Below, piece by piece: positions 13,929-27,081 of a DNA stretch of 64,000 bases. The stretch is taken from positions 16,660,183 through 16,724,182 of the forward strand of contig JAUZTB010000017.1 in assembly GCA_034780895.1 (NCBI GenBank), read 5' to 3'. Made by a program: the position numbers and the translations under genes. The notes under the pieces were generated by a model. It was not told where the DNA came from and made no database searches. It saw only the letters and a list, made by a program, of their open reading frames with translations. Within the stretch, counting starts at the first letter, position 1. Each line of letters starts with the position of its first letter. Source of the stretch: Rhynchobatus australiae (taxonomy: Eukaryota).

Positions 13929-15120
13929 AAGTAGGTATGCATCTCAAGGAAATTTTGGCTACTCTCTTCAAAAGTTGCAGTTTTTTCATCAAGAATGGCA
14001 TCAATACCCAAGTACGTATCAATGGAGATCAATAGTTTGAAGGTACATGATTCTAAGAGATCAACGTGCAAGACTCATTAACATAATCCAATTAAAATTG
14101 CTGGATCATGCATATTTTTAAACAATTGTTTTTTTTAAACAAGTTATTAAGAACATGAATGCTTATAAATAAACGAGGCAAAGTAAACCCAAGTTAGAAT
14201 TTAAAGGTGCAATTTTTCAGTCTGGGCAATAAAGCTTCCATCTTTGCTCATTACAGATGCTGACAGATGCAAGTATTTGTTTTCATTCCAGGATTTCCAA
14301 CTTTCTTGATTTTCTTAACAAAAATGGAAAACCTGTTGGGTAACATGATACATTTCCCATCCTTAATTGTTCACACTGAGCACCACGAAGCACACTAATT
14401 AATAACATTTACTGCAAATGCCAAACAGCCATTTAAACCATCTCTTGTATCTCTGTAAACAGCAATAAGAGACTGCCTATTTTGGTGGACAAATGAATAA
14501 GTGTCTGTTATAATGCACATGCACCTGCATGTATACAAACCCAGATACCAACACTGCAAGATGTGATAATACAGTGCATTTTTTATGGTGTTCACTGATC
14601 AGAGGTTTCCAATGCACTTGTCTTTTAATGCTTCCTTTTGTACATTATTATTAAATCCACAGACAGTTAATGCTTCTTCTACATCAGATGCACACTGATA
14701 TATTAATGCTCTCTTTATGACATCCACATTATGACTTATTGTTCCTTTAGATTACATCCGTACTGGTACTTAAGACCTCCTTTATATTAACTCCATACCA
14801 GGGTGTAATTCTCTTTGCAACACTAATTTCAGTTGAAATGCTTCTCTCATCTTGGGCTCTAGAATCTATATCACATGCAATCTAGCCAGATGTGTAGTTT
14901 CAGCAGCAACAGAAACAAGTGACAGAAACAACTTTATATGAGCATGTTAGTTTGAAAGTCATAACCACCCCCCTTGAATTTTAAGCAGCCAGCCATTGCC
15001 AATAGCCAAAGAACATCAATATGGGCCCTCTATGGAAAACAGTTGCCACAAGTAGTAATTATATTTGTTAAAGTCAGCTCCACTGCTGTCAGTGGCAGCA
15101 CTGGAGTTTATAGAGGGGTC

Positions 15121-15280
15121 CGCAACAAAAAATAAGTTGCTGGTGGAACTCAGGGGTCAGACAGCATCTATGCAGACAAAGATATAGCCAAAGTTTCCTG
15201 ATCTTGACCTGATATGTTGCCTATCCCTTTACCTCCACAGATGTTGCCTGACCTGCCGAGTTCCTTGAGCAGCTTTGCTT
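15121..15280. mobile_element. 160-bp palindromic Penelope-terminus-derived element with 14-bp target-site duplication
   Basis: Arms gctggtggaactcaggggtcagacagcatct and agatgttgcctgacctgccgagttccttgagc are imperfect reverse complements. It is flanked by tttatagaggggtc (15107-15120) and tttatagaagggtc (15281-15294). Confidence 0.8.
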
Positions 15281-15552
15281 TTTATAGAAGGGTCATGCAG
15301 GCATACAGCAGAATATCAAAATAAAGAGCAGCAAGAGACCTGTCCCAACAATCCTACATACCCAAACTTCTGAAGTGCATAATTACCCAAACTTCAAATC
15401 ACGTCATCAGAAAAGTTCTGATGTCCACAGCTTGAGTAATGAAATGAACACACAAGTCAGATTTCAGGTAAAATTCAGCATGACACCACACTCTGACACT
15501 ATGGGCTTTCTCTGGAATCAAGCATCAGTAACCCTGCCTCAACTTGAGGCTC

Positions 15553-15910
15553 TATGATAGCCAGTATATTTTTCCTAGGGTCGAAATGTCTAATACTACA
15601 GGACAAGAGGGCATGTATTTAAGAAGAATGGGACAAGTTCGAAGGAGATGTGCACAGGCAAGTTCTTCTTCCTTTGTATACAGAGTGGTGGGTGCCTGGA
15701 ATGTGCTGCCAGGGTTGTAGAGGAGGCAAATACAATTGAGGTGTTTAAGAGGCTCTTAGATAGGCACATGAATATGCAGAGAATGGAGGAATATGGACAT
15801 GATGAAAGCAGAAGGGATTAGTTTAGTTAGGCATTTAATTAGTTTGACAGAACATCATGGGCCGAAGGACTTGTTCCTGTGCTGTACTGTTCGATTCTAT
15901 GTTCTATGTT
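15553..15910 (+). mobile_element. CR1-clade LINE 3' end
   Basis: cagagtggtgggtgcctggaat (RVVGAWN), tttaagaggctcttagataggcacatg, and tail gggccgaaggacttgttcctgtgctgtactgtt followed by (ctatgtt)n. Confidence 0.9.
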
Positions 15911-17383
15911 ATTCCTAGCCTACAACCTGAATGTGACCAGTGGCATGTGGGTCCAGCCCACCTTTATAGAGGTTTGGCTTCCTGTGGGGAGGGTTAATAC
16001 AGACAAAAACTTGAAGCTTTACATCACAGAAAATAAAGGTCAATTAAATGGACTTTATACACAAGCTGGAATGGAGGCCCATTCCAAGAAAAGTTTTCAA
16101 GAATGACCTCAAGTATTCTGCAAATGCTTTCCAGAATACAGCCCAACCTAATTACTGCCGGTGACTCATGTTTATCTGACAGCGACCAGCATCAACGCCT
16201 CCAAGGCACTGCATCAGGTTTTTAAGAGGCAATCCTATAAAGTTAATGGGATATCAATTTAGGAAGCCTGTTTTCTAGTTTATAACTGCAATATTGAGCA
16301 ACACATCTGATGGATATAAAATGCTAGATTATCACTACTAAAACAATTACAAGGAATTAATGATTACATATTTTCAATTGCGCTTCAAAATATTGCTGTT
16401 ACTCTGCAAAGAAAACAAAATGAAGTAAAGCCCCTAAGGTTTGCCTTCCACCAGCTTGGCAGTAGGTTCTCATCTGGAAGGCAAATGCTTGGAATTATTC
16501 TTGAAATGTTTCCTCAGAACGGGTTTCCATTTCAGTCTGTTTACTGGGATAAACATTGAAGTTACAACGATAATAAATATGTTAACTAATTATGGAGTTT
16601 GATTGCTTTATTAGTCTACATACACACAGGCATGACTCAAGAAAGCCTTCTGTAATGGAAAGCTTTGGGAACCACAAGTCCAAAGACAACCACTTACCTG
16701 AACATGCTATACCTGCCATGACATATTTCATATTGCCTGTGTGTTGTTTTGCAAAATATTCTTGAAAGAAATTATCCAATTTTCAACTAACAGTTCATTT
16801 CTCCATGGGAGATGTCCCATCAATTCAATATTTGTTCATGGATATATTCTGTGGACTAGTCTAGTTAATCATTCAGCCTCAATACTTGCCCACCCACACC
16901 AAGCACCGGCTGTGTCCTTCAGTTCAATATTCTGCACTAGGTGAAATGGTTCACTATGATCCACATTACTCACTAGCTCCTTCAAATATCTGGTAACAAT
17001 ATCACCATTTCAAGCAGCCCTCTTCCAGTAAGAACTGCATTATCATTCTCACATACCATGATCCAATTTCTTGACTCCTTTTGACACTGGTTTCTATTAT
17101 TTATACCCTCAGTTTAGAAAGCAGTGGGAGGGAGGGGAGGAGGGCAAGCACAAGGGCACTGTATGAGACCATTGCAAATGATGCAAGCTGTTGTCTCTCT
17201 TTTTTTGTCCAGCTGCACAGGTCTCCCTGGCTCAGAGATTTCTCTATGGCAACAAGCTCAATAGCCAGTGGGATAGACACAAGCAACCTCTCCACATTGG
17301 GCCACAATGATTCACTGCTGCAAGAAGGCCAACAAAGCAAGGATTTGCACCAGGTCCCTGGCACAACAGCACTGTCAGTAATG

Positions 17384-17645
17384 CATAACAAGAACACAAG
17401 AGGAGGAGTAGGACACCTGGCCCCTCAACCTGCCCACCATTCAATCTGATCATGGCTGATCTCAATGGCCTCAATTCCTCTTCTGTACCAGTTGCCCATC
17501 AATTCCTCAAATCTTTCAAAAATTTATCTTCTTCCACCTTAAATACTTCTAATGATCTTGCCTTCACAACCCTCCACAGTAGAAAATTCAGAAGATTTGC
17601 CACCCTCTGCAAAGAAAGTTCTACACACCTTGGTTCTAAATAACC
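17384..17645 (-). mobile_element. CR1-clade LINE 3' end
   Basis: aagaacacaagaggaggagtagg...ccattcaatctgatcatggctgatc is a reversed CR1 tail. The minus ORF gives RVANLLNFL...VVKARSLEVFKVEEDKFL. Confidence 0.85.
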
Positions 17646-19479
17646 AGAACCTTGTTTTGTAACTATATATAGAATGTCAAACGACACCTTTTAGTACTGG
17701 TTTTACCAGCTGCACTGTTCCTGGGAATACATTCCGAGCAAGGTACCAGTGTGGTCTCACAACAAGTAATCGCTGGGTCATATTCTTACAGACAAATGTT
17801 ACTCCCTCAACTACTCTCTGGAAAAGCCTGGAGAATCTCTTTTTAACTATACATTCACATAATAGATAAAATAGTACTGACCTGCTCTTAAAAAAAATAT
17901 TCTGGCCACAGAGCTCAGAGCTCAATTAGCAGCGTATGTGGATGTGGATTTTTTCTTCAACATTGCCCCATATTACATTTCAGCTGCAATTTCAGGACAA
18001 GAGCATTCTGCACAGGATTTTACACACCATATGGGTGATTCACTTATTTTAAAATTTCCCAGCTCACGCCAAGATTTCCATATTGTTGCAAAAACAGTGC
18101 CAAATTGTTGCCGGTTTGTGTTGGACTTGGATCCGCTGGGAATGCAGGCGGCCCAACTTATTAGACCTAAGACCTTTAACAGCAATCATTCTATTTGAGT
18201 TTGTGCCCAAGCAGGAAAAGAACATTTAATTTTAAAAAAAGTACACTGGGAAAATTTCATCTGATAAATTCCATAGATAAGTAAAAATGCAAGTTGGTAC
18301 AAGTTGGAATAGAGGGGGCTGAATAGATATAATACAAGTAAAATGAGGAACCAAGCAAGATGTGGACTTAAAGAAGCTGAATGTCACATTTTCAATTAAA
18401 AATGCACATTGCTTCAGCCTCCATTTATATATAGAAAAGGTACAATTCAAAGTTTTTAAACATAGCTCAACATCAAATTAAAAAAAGCACACAATTTGTG
18501 TTGGCATCCTTAATATGGTGCCAAATCAACTGTCATTTAGAATACTTTTTAATTGCAGGGTGCTGGCAACATAATGATAGGAATTGGCTTAGAGGAATCT
18601 CAATTCTCAAACGTACCTGTATTAACTCAGTGTTAACTACACGCATTGAGCTACATTAGTTTAATTACTACAGCTCGGAATTCTATGTGTTTGTTTACCA
18701 ACTATCTCAGCTATTTCCCATAATGAATAAAGTACAGGCACAGCAACCAGGAATAGGAACCTGTCCTGCACTAGAGATGTGACCCTAATCTTTGCCCCTC
18801 CAGCTCTTTACACACATTTGCCTCTGAAGAATAATTGTATTAATTACTTTTTTATTTCAACATGTTTGTCAACAAATGAAGAGGGTGGAAGATAGAAATT
18901 GGAATTACATTGGCAGCACTGCAAATATGTAACCCCTGTCACCCTAAAAATAAATATCCTGTCTCCAAATACAACATAAACACAAATATAATATGATGCT
19001 GATTATTAAATTGAAGAATAATAAGAATCTTTCAAAAGCTGAAATGACTGGAAAGGACCAAGTTATGAAGGACAAGGTGCACATCCCCCTATCAGTTTTG
19101 TGCCACCTTTTTAAAAAAATTATGAACTAAAATGTGCAACTTGGCATTACCCTGAGTCTCACCCCAGTTTAAATTTTAAATCAAATCAAGCATCATTCCA
19201 AAATGAACAAGGACAAGGGGAATAAACAGGCAAAGTTTCAACTGGTGCAAAATTTCATAGATAGTAATGCTTTTGTTTAAATTTAGTGATGGAAATTGTT
19301 CTAAGGTCACACGAGTTACTACTTAGCTGCTTTTCTGAGAATTATTTTTGCTTTGAAGTATTTGTGCAAATGATAGTGAAACAAAGAAATACAGAGTTTC
19401 ATTTGTGAATCAATTATTAACATTTGCCTCTGAATAGGAAAGATGTTGTTTCTAGCACAAAAGCACAAACTGACAGGCT

Positions 19480-19803
19480 TGTTGCAGTACTGAGGGAGTC
19501 CTATGCTGTTGTAGGTGCTATTTTTCTGGTGCCACTAAGATCCTATTTACCCCTCATTTGGATGCACAAGATCAATGATGTGACTTCTCTGTAGAGCAAA
19601 GTTATTCCCACCACCTAGTCAGCATTTATCCTTCAATACCTGAATACAAGTAACTGAACCTCCATTACTTAGCTATGTGCAAAACTGGCTGATACATTTC
19701 CCGTATGCTGCAAGAAGGAGATTTAAACAAATTTCATTGGCTCCAGAGCTTTTTGAAACATGAGGTTGTTAAAGGTTTTACACAATTGCAAGTATTTCTT
19801 TTT
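19480..19803 (+). mobile_element. Ancient Deu-domain SINE (SacSINE1/AmnSINE1-like), decayed
   Basis: gcagtactgagggagt...atttatccttca...gtgcaaaactggctg...ttcattggct...tgcaagtatttcttttt follows the recalled DeuSINE consensus in order. Confidence 0.7.
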
Positions 19804-21430
19804 CAACAGAATGAGCTCAAATCATTTGGGTCATTTGTTTTAAAATAATCTAACAATGAAGTCATAAATATAATTATGTCACAAATCAGAACACTCCAAC
19901 TGAAGGCAAAAAGAATCATTCTTTTTCAAATATGCTGTTGGCAATGCAACACAAATATTTTGTTTATGAAGTTACAGTTCAAATTTCACATGGCAATTGA
20001 GGTACTTTTCAGAACATAGTTTTAACAGGGTGTTTCCAGAAAATAGATTATCAACTCTTAACATGCTTCTGAGAAGCATCAAAGTATTGTCCCATGTAAA
20101 ATAAAGCTCAGGTTTAATTTAACTCACCCTGGATGAGCAACCCAGTTCTCACAACAATGTCAAAATAACAAAAGCAAATCTGAATTCTTTTGCCTTTTCC
20201 AAATATGGCATACTTTTGTGACTCATGAGAACTGGCATGTTGGATTTAATGTTTTAAAATGTCACATTCTCAATGTTAAACCAAGCAAAGTTAAAGATGA
20301 TCCAAAATTCAGCAGTTTACTTGCACAAGTCTGTAGCTGTGTGGTTGATTAATTAGGTGGTTGCTAAAGGTGTTGAGAGATACGTGACAACTCAAAACAC
20401 CCTCTATACTCTTGCAACAATCTGACTGAGGCTTCTACTTCAGATAAAATATGCTTAACTATACCTATGCAATTTGCTTCCATTTCATCAAGTAGCCCAA
20501 GTATAATCCCAATTTGTTTCATAATAGGACATGATGCCTGCAGACTCAAAACTACTAGCAACTGAACCAAAACTGCCAAAATTCTATTTGCACTGAATCA
20601 TCACAGCTGTGGGGTTGAAGCACATTGTTTTTTTCAACTGTGGCTGGGATGCTAAGGTGTTCAGAAATGAGTAAAGTTCTGCCTGGATGCAGAATTCAAT
20701 CCTCTGAAAACTATTTTCTGCTCTGCATTTGAGATTAGACCACTTGTCAAATTTTGAAAAAGGTCCTCCTATTCTGGGCACCTCCAGCTAGATTCATAAC
20801 CCAAGGGAAAATGGCAAACTGCTAATCCACTGCGCCAGTGGATTAACGGGTCCTTGTGCGCTAAAGATATTAAAATGATAGCTAGTTCATCAACTTGTAT
20901 CAGCCACGATCTTAATGAATGGCAGGCTTCCCTTGCCATGTTCCAGTTCCCACATCAATTCAATTTCAATTCAGTTCAATAAACCAAAAGCCTTAGCCTT
21001 TGTACAATGGTTTACAGATATCTCAAACTTTTCAAAGAGCACCATGCACATTCATTAATTCATGTAGGCAGATGTTCAACCCTTTGTAATACAGGAGTAT
21101 CCCAAAATAACAAGCATCAAGCTGTTATTCATGGGAAGAAATTTGGGCAAAATGCAACAGGATGAATTGAGATGGGAAAATCTGCAGAGCCGAGGAGAAA
21201 GAGCAAGGGGATGGAACTAAGTCAGTGGCTTTCAAAGAAAAAACCTCACACTGTGTTTGATCACCCATACTGACTCTTGAATTCTTTGCACTTCCTCAAA
21301 TGGCATCTTAAGAGTTTCAACTTCCTTCTAGCACGATGGACAACAACTCATCTAAACAAGAGCTTCTCCAGCAAAGGCATTTATGCTGGTTCACTGGGGA
21401 GGAGCCCAAAGAATGTTCCAAAATTCTGGA

Positions 21431-22930
21431 GTCATAGAAAGGCCTTTCATCCCACCTTGTCTGCGCCAACCACATGATCTGTATCCTTTTATTCCCTGCC
21501 TGTTCATGTGTCTGTCTGAATGCCACTTAAACGTTGCTATCATATCTGCTTCTACCACCTTCCCTGGCAGCTTGATCCACGTACCTATCACCGTGTAAAA
21601 AAAACTTGCCTCAAATCTCCTATAAACTTTCCCCTCATTTGCTTAAATCTATGCCCTCTAGTTTTGACATTTCCATTCTGGGGAAAAAGACACCGACTAT
21701 CAACCCTACCTGTGCCTCACATGATATTAAATACTTCTATCTGGTCACCCCTCAGCCGCTGATGCACCAGAGAAAATAATCCAAGTTTGTTCAACGTCTC
21801 TTCATAGCTAATACACACCAATCCAGGCAACATCCTCGTGAACCTTCTCTGTGCCCTCACCAAAACCTCCACACCCTTCCTATAGTATGGCAATCAGAAC
21901 TGCATATAATACTCCAAATATGGCCTAACCAAAGTTTTGCACAACTGCAACATGACTTCCTAATTTTATACTAAATGCCCCAACTGATGAAGGCAATTAT
22001 CCCATAAGCTTTCTTTCCCACCCTATTGAGGAGTTATGGACTTGCACTACTTGGGGTATATAATATTGCTCCCAAGGATCCTGTCATTCAGTGCATACTT
22101 TCCTCTTGCATTTGACCTCACAAAATTTAACATGTCACACTTGTCCAGATTAAACTCCAGCTGCTATTTCTCCACCTAAATTTTGAACTGATCTATATCC
22201 TGCTGTATCAGTTTGATAACCTTCCTCACTATTCACAACTCTAGTAAGCTTTCAAATGACCTGAAAATTGGTAATCAGACCGCCTACATTTTCATCCAAG
22301 TCATAAATATACATTACAAAAGTCTCAGCACCAATCCTTGCGGAACACCACTGGTCACAAACCTCCAGCCAGGGAAACATCCCTCTACAACTATCCTCCG
22401 TCTTCTACAACCAAGCCAATTTTAGAAGCAATTTACCAACTCACCGTGAATACTACCTGACTTAATCTTCTGGACTAGCATACTATGAGGGACCTTATCG
22501 CATCCTTTACTAAAGCCCATAAAGACAAAATCCACTGCCCTACTTCCTCAAAAACTCAAATCAAATGAGAGACAGAGCCTCCCCCACATAAAGCCATGCT
22601 GACTGTCCTTACCAAGTCCAGGCTTTTCCAAATGCAAGTAAATTCTGTCCCCAAGAACAATAATTTCCCTATCACTGACACAAGGCTCAGCAGTCTATAC
22701 TTTCCTGGTTTGTTCCCATTGCCCTTCTTAAACAAAAGAACAACTCTGGTCATTCTCTATTCTTCTGGCATCTCTCCTGTGACTAAAGAGAATAGCAGAT
22801 CTCTGTCAAGCCCCCAGCAATCTACTCCCTTGCTTCCCTCGGTATCTGGGATAGAGTCAACAAGGCCCTGGAGATTTATCCACCTTTAATATTTATCATG
22901 ACTCCTCCAACACTTCATCCTTCTTTATAT
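21431..22930 (-). mobile_element. ~1.5-kb 5'-truncated CR1 LINE (RT domain to 3' tail), frameshifted
   Basis: Minus ORFs give VVLLFKKGNGNKPGKYRLLSLVSVIGKLL and WIKLPGKVVEADMIATFKWHSDRHM. A GVPQG motif (ggtgttccgcaagga) lies near 22335-22350. Confidence 0.92.
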
Positions 22931-24249
22931 TAACGTACCCCTCCCATCAACAAATATATTCCTCAAAATAATTTATTTTTGAATTTTCCAAAACAACCAA
23001 CCTTAAGCTATTCTTTTGCTGTAAAGTTACTGCTATTTTGTTGGACATTATATAATGTCACTTCAGCACATTAACCGAAGAATTGATGAGCTTCAGGACC
23101 CCACTTAGGGCCTTTACATAATTAAAATTGACAAAATAACACTGTATTACTGTGTTAAGACTTGGCATTAACNNNNNNNNNNNNNNNNNNNNNNNNNNNN
23201 NNNNNNNNNNNNNNNNNNNNNNNNNNNNNNNNNNNNNNNNNNNNNNNNNNNNNNNNNNNNNNNNNNNNNNNNGTCCTAGTTGGATATTAACCTTTCCCCC
23301 CCCCCCCCAAAAAGAGCTAGATTTTTATTTTGAGTGCTTTTTAAAAGTGTCTTTTTGTGGCAGTCACTTGATGAGGTAGCATGAAGGCCCATAGTTGTCC
23401 AAATGCAATGGACTCTTGCAGTCATTTACTTTTGAAATGTTGTGGGTGACTTCTGATGCTCTCCCTCATTGCCTCTTGTCAATAGACAGCAGATACTTTG
23501 CATTTGCTCTCCATGGTTTGACACTTATGATCTGTTGATACAATCCTTTGAAGAGTGGCATGGTTTCAGCAAAAATGGTGATTGCTCAGAAGCTACTGTG
23601 CATAATAAAGAATAACATCCTTAACTACAGTAACCTTCAAAATTAAAAAATGAAAACAGAGAATAACCGTGATCACTGCACAAATCAAATATTAAAATAC
23701 ATTAAAATCAAAATTGTACTTGTGGTTAGACCGTGCTGCAGACCTATTTGAGCAGAGCACTGTTGTCTGATTCATTGCATACACACACATTATCCGATAC
23801 CTGGCTGAATGCAATCATCCCAAAGAAACATGGATAAAATTCCAGTGCATTGGTAACAGTCCAACTCTGTTCAATATTTTTTAAAAAGTTAAATTTTTAA
23901 GAATAACTAGGTTGCAATAATCAAGAAACCCGTTCCAATAAATCAAAGCTTGCCGTGATTGTCCTGTGCAGCGGACCCCTAAATTTGAAAAGTACTAACT
24001 TTCATTTAAAAAGGTATTTTTCACAATCTTTGTCCTTGTTATGTTTGCATTAGCTCTTGGTACTCAGTAGGGTGGGCCTTGGATATACGGTCAATGGATG
24101 ACCAAAAACAAAATAAAAGCCAATAGATTATTTTTAAGGTGATAGTGGGTAAAATGGTTACGAACTTGGTTCAGGAAAGGTCCCACAACATAAATGAAAT
24201 AACAACAAATTGGTCTCTTTTGGGTATAAATTAATCATAATTATTGGTA

Positions 24250-25043
24250 GGCTCCCAAGACCTTCTTATTTAAAACAGTTGGCTTTTGGTCATTTTGGTA
24301 TCCTGTTGGTCACGGACGTCAGCAAGGCTAGACTAGAGAGTTTACAATGGGATAGAGTCAAAAGACAGTCACGGTTGAAGAGATCTTCATATGTCTCTGT
24401 CCTTGATAGGTTTGTACCAGCTGTTGGCTCTCAGCAAGGATGGCTTTGGATATCTGGGTTATAGATGACCTTTACAGCATTGAACAATCTGCGCATGTCA
24501 TGGTTGGTTATCAGCAAGTTGCTGGGCCTCCTGTGTCCTTTCTACACTACCTGAATTTTAGGTGCTGGGTTTTCTATTGGACCTCAGCCTTCAGGTAATG
24601 CAACAGCTGTATCTTTATCCTCAAGCTATCCAAAAATGCCTATGTCTGTGGTTAAGTAGCTCCTGAGTCTCCAAGTCATTCTGAGTAAACCAGTCCTGGT
24701 GCTTCCTGGTAGAGAAGCTACGAGTCTCATGGCCAACTCCAGGGCAATTCAGAGGGAAGACTTTGCAGATCTCCTTGATTGAGACTCATGAGGTGCTGAC
24801 TGAGAAGAGCCTTTAAGATCTTCCACATTCTCTTATGAGAATATTTCCGGTGTTGCCATTGTTTTGAGGCCCGGCGGCTGGAGATAGAGTGGATTGTGTG
24901 GTGATCAATCCTGCAGTTATCATTACCTGTCACACTGCAAGTGGTACAGACATCCATGTGGTCTCTCCCTCAAATGATGAGAGAGTCTAGCAGACACCAA
25001 TGCTGCTATCTATTNNNNNGCTATCTATTCTTGTGTTTGTCCC
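24250..25043 (-). mobile_element. RTE-clade LINE, inverted 5' segment (endonuclease C-terminus and linker)
   Basis: Minus-strand degenerate translation: RDKHK..HW.LLD..II..RD..DV...DC..DH, LKAEVQ, QQLAD.HDMRRLFNAVKVIY, EDLFNRD, ending NKKVLGA. Confidence 0.75.
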
Positions 25044-26200
25044 ACTGAAGAAATGATGTATTGGCTGGAGGATGACATACCAAGTGACTTTAGGGGCATC
25101 TTAATCGTGAACAATCTTCAAAAAAGATGAGGAAAGTCCAACTGCAGTAACTGCAGACAGGTCTTCCTGCAGTGTACCACCTCAACTACCACCTCCCAGT
25201 AGCAGAAGATCCATTTCTTGAATCACAGTGGGGGTTCCATCTACTTAGGTGCACAGGTGACATGATCTTCAGTGCATGATGACAAGAGAAATGCAAGGAG
25301 ATGCACCCATCATACATGGACTACAACAGCCTTTGGCTTCATCTATTGAAAGGGATAGTTGAGCATCCCTCTTAAATTTGGCAGCCTACAGAAAAATGTC
25401 TACACCTCATGTGCACTTCATGGTAGCTTGCTAACTATGAAATTAAACCATGGGTCCACAATAGAACCAAAGCAAGCGAATGTACATCATCAAGCCAATG
25501 GTTTTCTCAATCTTCCTTGCCACAATGCTACACCTCAGATCCAATAAATTTCTCAAAGGACTGGAGCTAATCTATAGGACTCATGGGAAACCCACACCAC
25601 TTGCTATTCAAGTGGTCACCCCAACTTCAGTCAGAGCTACATTACTTGGATGAGTCTTGTGGATATTCACATTCAGAAGTCAATCTCCAAGTTACTGAAG
25701 CATAAAACAGGATGGGCCAAAAGTAAAAGGCCCTTCACCAACCTACACCTGCAGTACGACACAGGCCTCTGACAATAAAGGGTCCACATAAAGACCATTG
25801 AAGTTGAGGACCAATTGCCATATATCTGAAACCATCTCTTTCACCATAGCCAACACTGACCATTAAAATTCACCATTACCTTAAGTGCACAAGCACAGCC
25901 TTTTGCCATCTAAAATCAAGACTTCAAACCTGGCAAGCCACATCAACTGCACACTTGACACCAGACTCCCAAAATAGTAGACTACTCCGAGCTCTGTCAA
26001 GGCAGATCACCTGGTGTACAGAGGAAATAGTCAAGGATATTCACAAAGCCTCCTTGAAATAGTGCAACATCACCTCTCTTTTGGTGAAATCCCCTGGTCC
26101 AGGGTAGCACAAAATGGAGTATTCGAGATGGCTCCCAAAAGTTAGACAAGTATCGAAGCAAACTCTTCAGTCTGCAATGGAACATCGTCAAGATCAATTC
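25041..26200 (+). mobile_element. RTE-clade LINE 3' segment (RT domain and C-terminus), decayed
   Basis: Plus-strand degenerate motifs: P(T)E..., TIFKK, ESQWGF, DMIF, EKCKE, LKFG, RLPK..YSEL, KASLK.CNI. Confidence 0.8.
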
Positions 26201-27021
26201 TCCCACCAAATCAGGTTACAATAAGTTAGAAATTTACACAATAAATGAATCCGAATTTCTTTAACAATCAAGACTTCTTTAAGTCAGTGAGTTGGGGAAG
26301 GTATACCACATGTGCATGACAGAAATGGTATTACTTGCAGCAAAATATAAATTAAATTTGGAAAGGTGCTGTTCTTCATATCTGCTCATTTCCTGAAGGT
26401 ATTGATTCCTTAACAGCATCATGTTTCACATCATATCTTTCAAGTCATAAAAGTCAGTGATAAGAAACCTGATCCTACTGAAGTCCCTGCCACCATCATT
26501 TATGCCATGCTTTACCTCCTGGAACACACTCTCTCGTGACTGGAATGAACCTGTAAAAAAGGCAGATTTTTGCAGTCAAAGGCCAATCTTCTCAGGCCCA
26601 AGGCATTGCTCCACTAGTTCCTCAGTTCACTCTTTCTTCCACTGCAATACCCAATGTTGAAGGGCTACTATCAATAATTCTTCAGACAACATTACAGTCT
26701 ATGCCTGTGTGCAGTAAAACATCCAAGGTTTGGCTCCAACAATGGACACTTCTTGATTTTCAATGTCATTACCTTTGTCAAGATCCAAGATCAACATCCA
26801 CAGGCCTCCTTGTCATCTATTAAGTACAGGTTAAGGGAGTGATAGAAAGGCATCAGTTGCTTGGATAAATGCAGTGGCAGTTACATGCAGGTAATTCCAT
26901 CAGTTCTGAATGATTGGTATCCGATCTGGATCTCCACACTCAAATCTATTTTTATATAGGAACATATCTAACATGAAAATCAGCCTCGTTGAAACTTTAA
27001 AACAACTTGTTTTTCCTCTTT

Positions 27022-27081
27022 CCCAGTTCTGATGAAGGGTCTTTCACCTAAAATATTAATTTTCTTTCTTTCCAGATGCTC
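27022..27081 (+). mobile_element. Penelope-like terminal fragment with degenerate hammerhead core
   Basis: cagttCTGATGAagggtctttcacctAAAAtattaatt...tccagatgct. The CUGAUGA box is intact, but GAAA is mutated to AAAA. Confidence 0.6.

Noticed and set aside
17081-17474. Overlapping 76-122 aa ORFs
   Set aside because: No recognisable domain or splice context, and they run into a CR1 tail. The same applies to most other short ORFs in the track.
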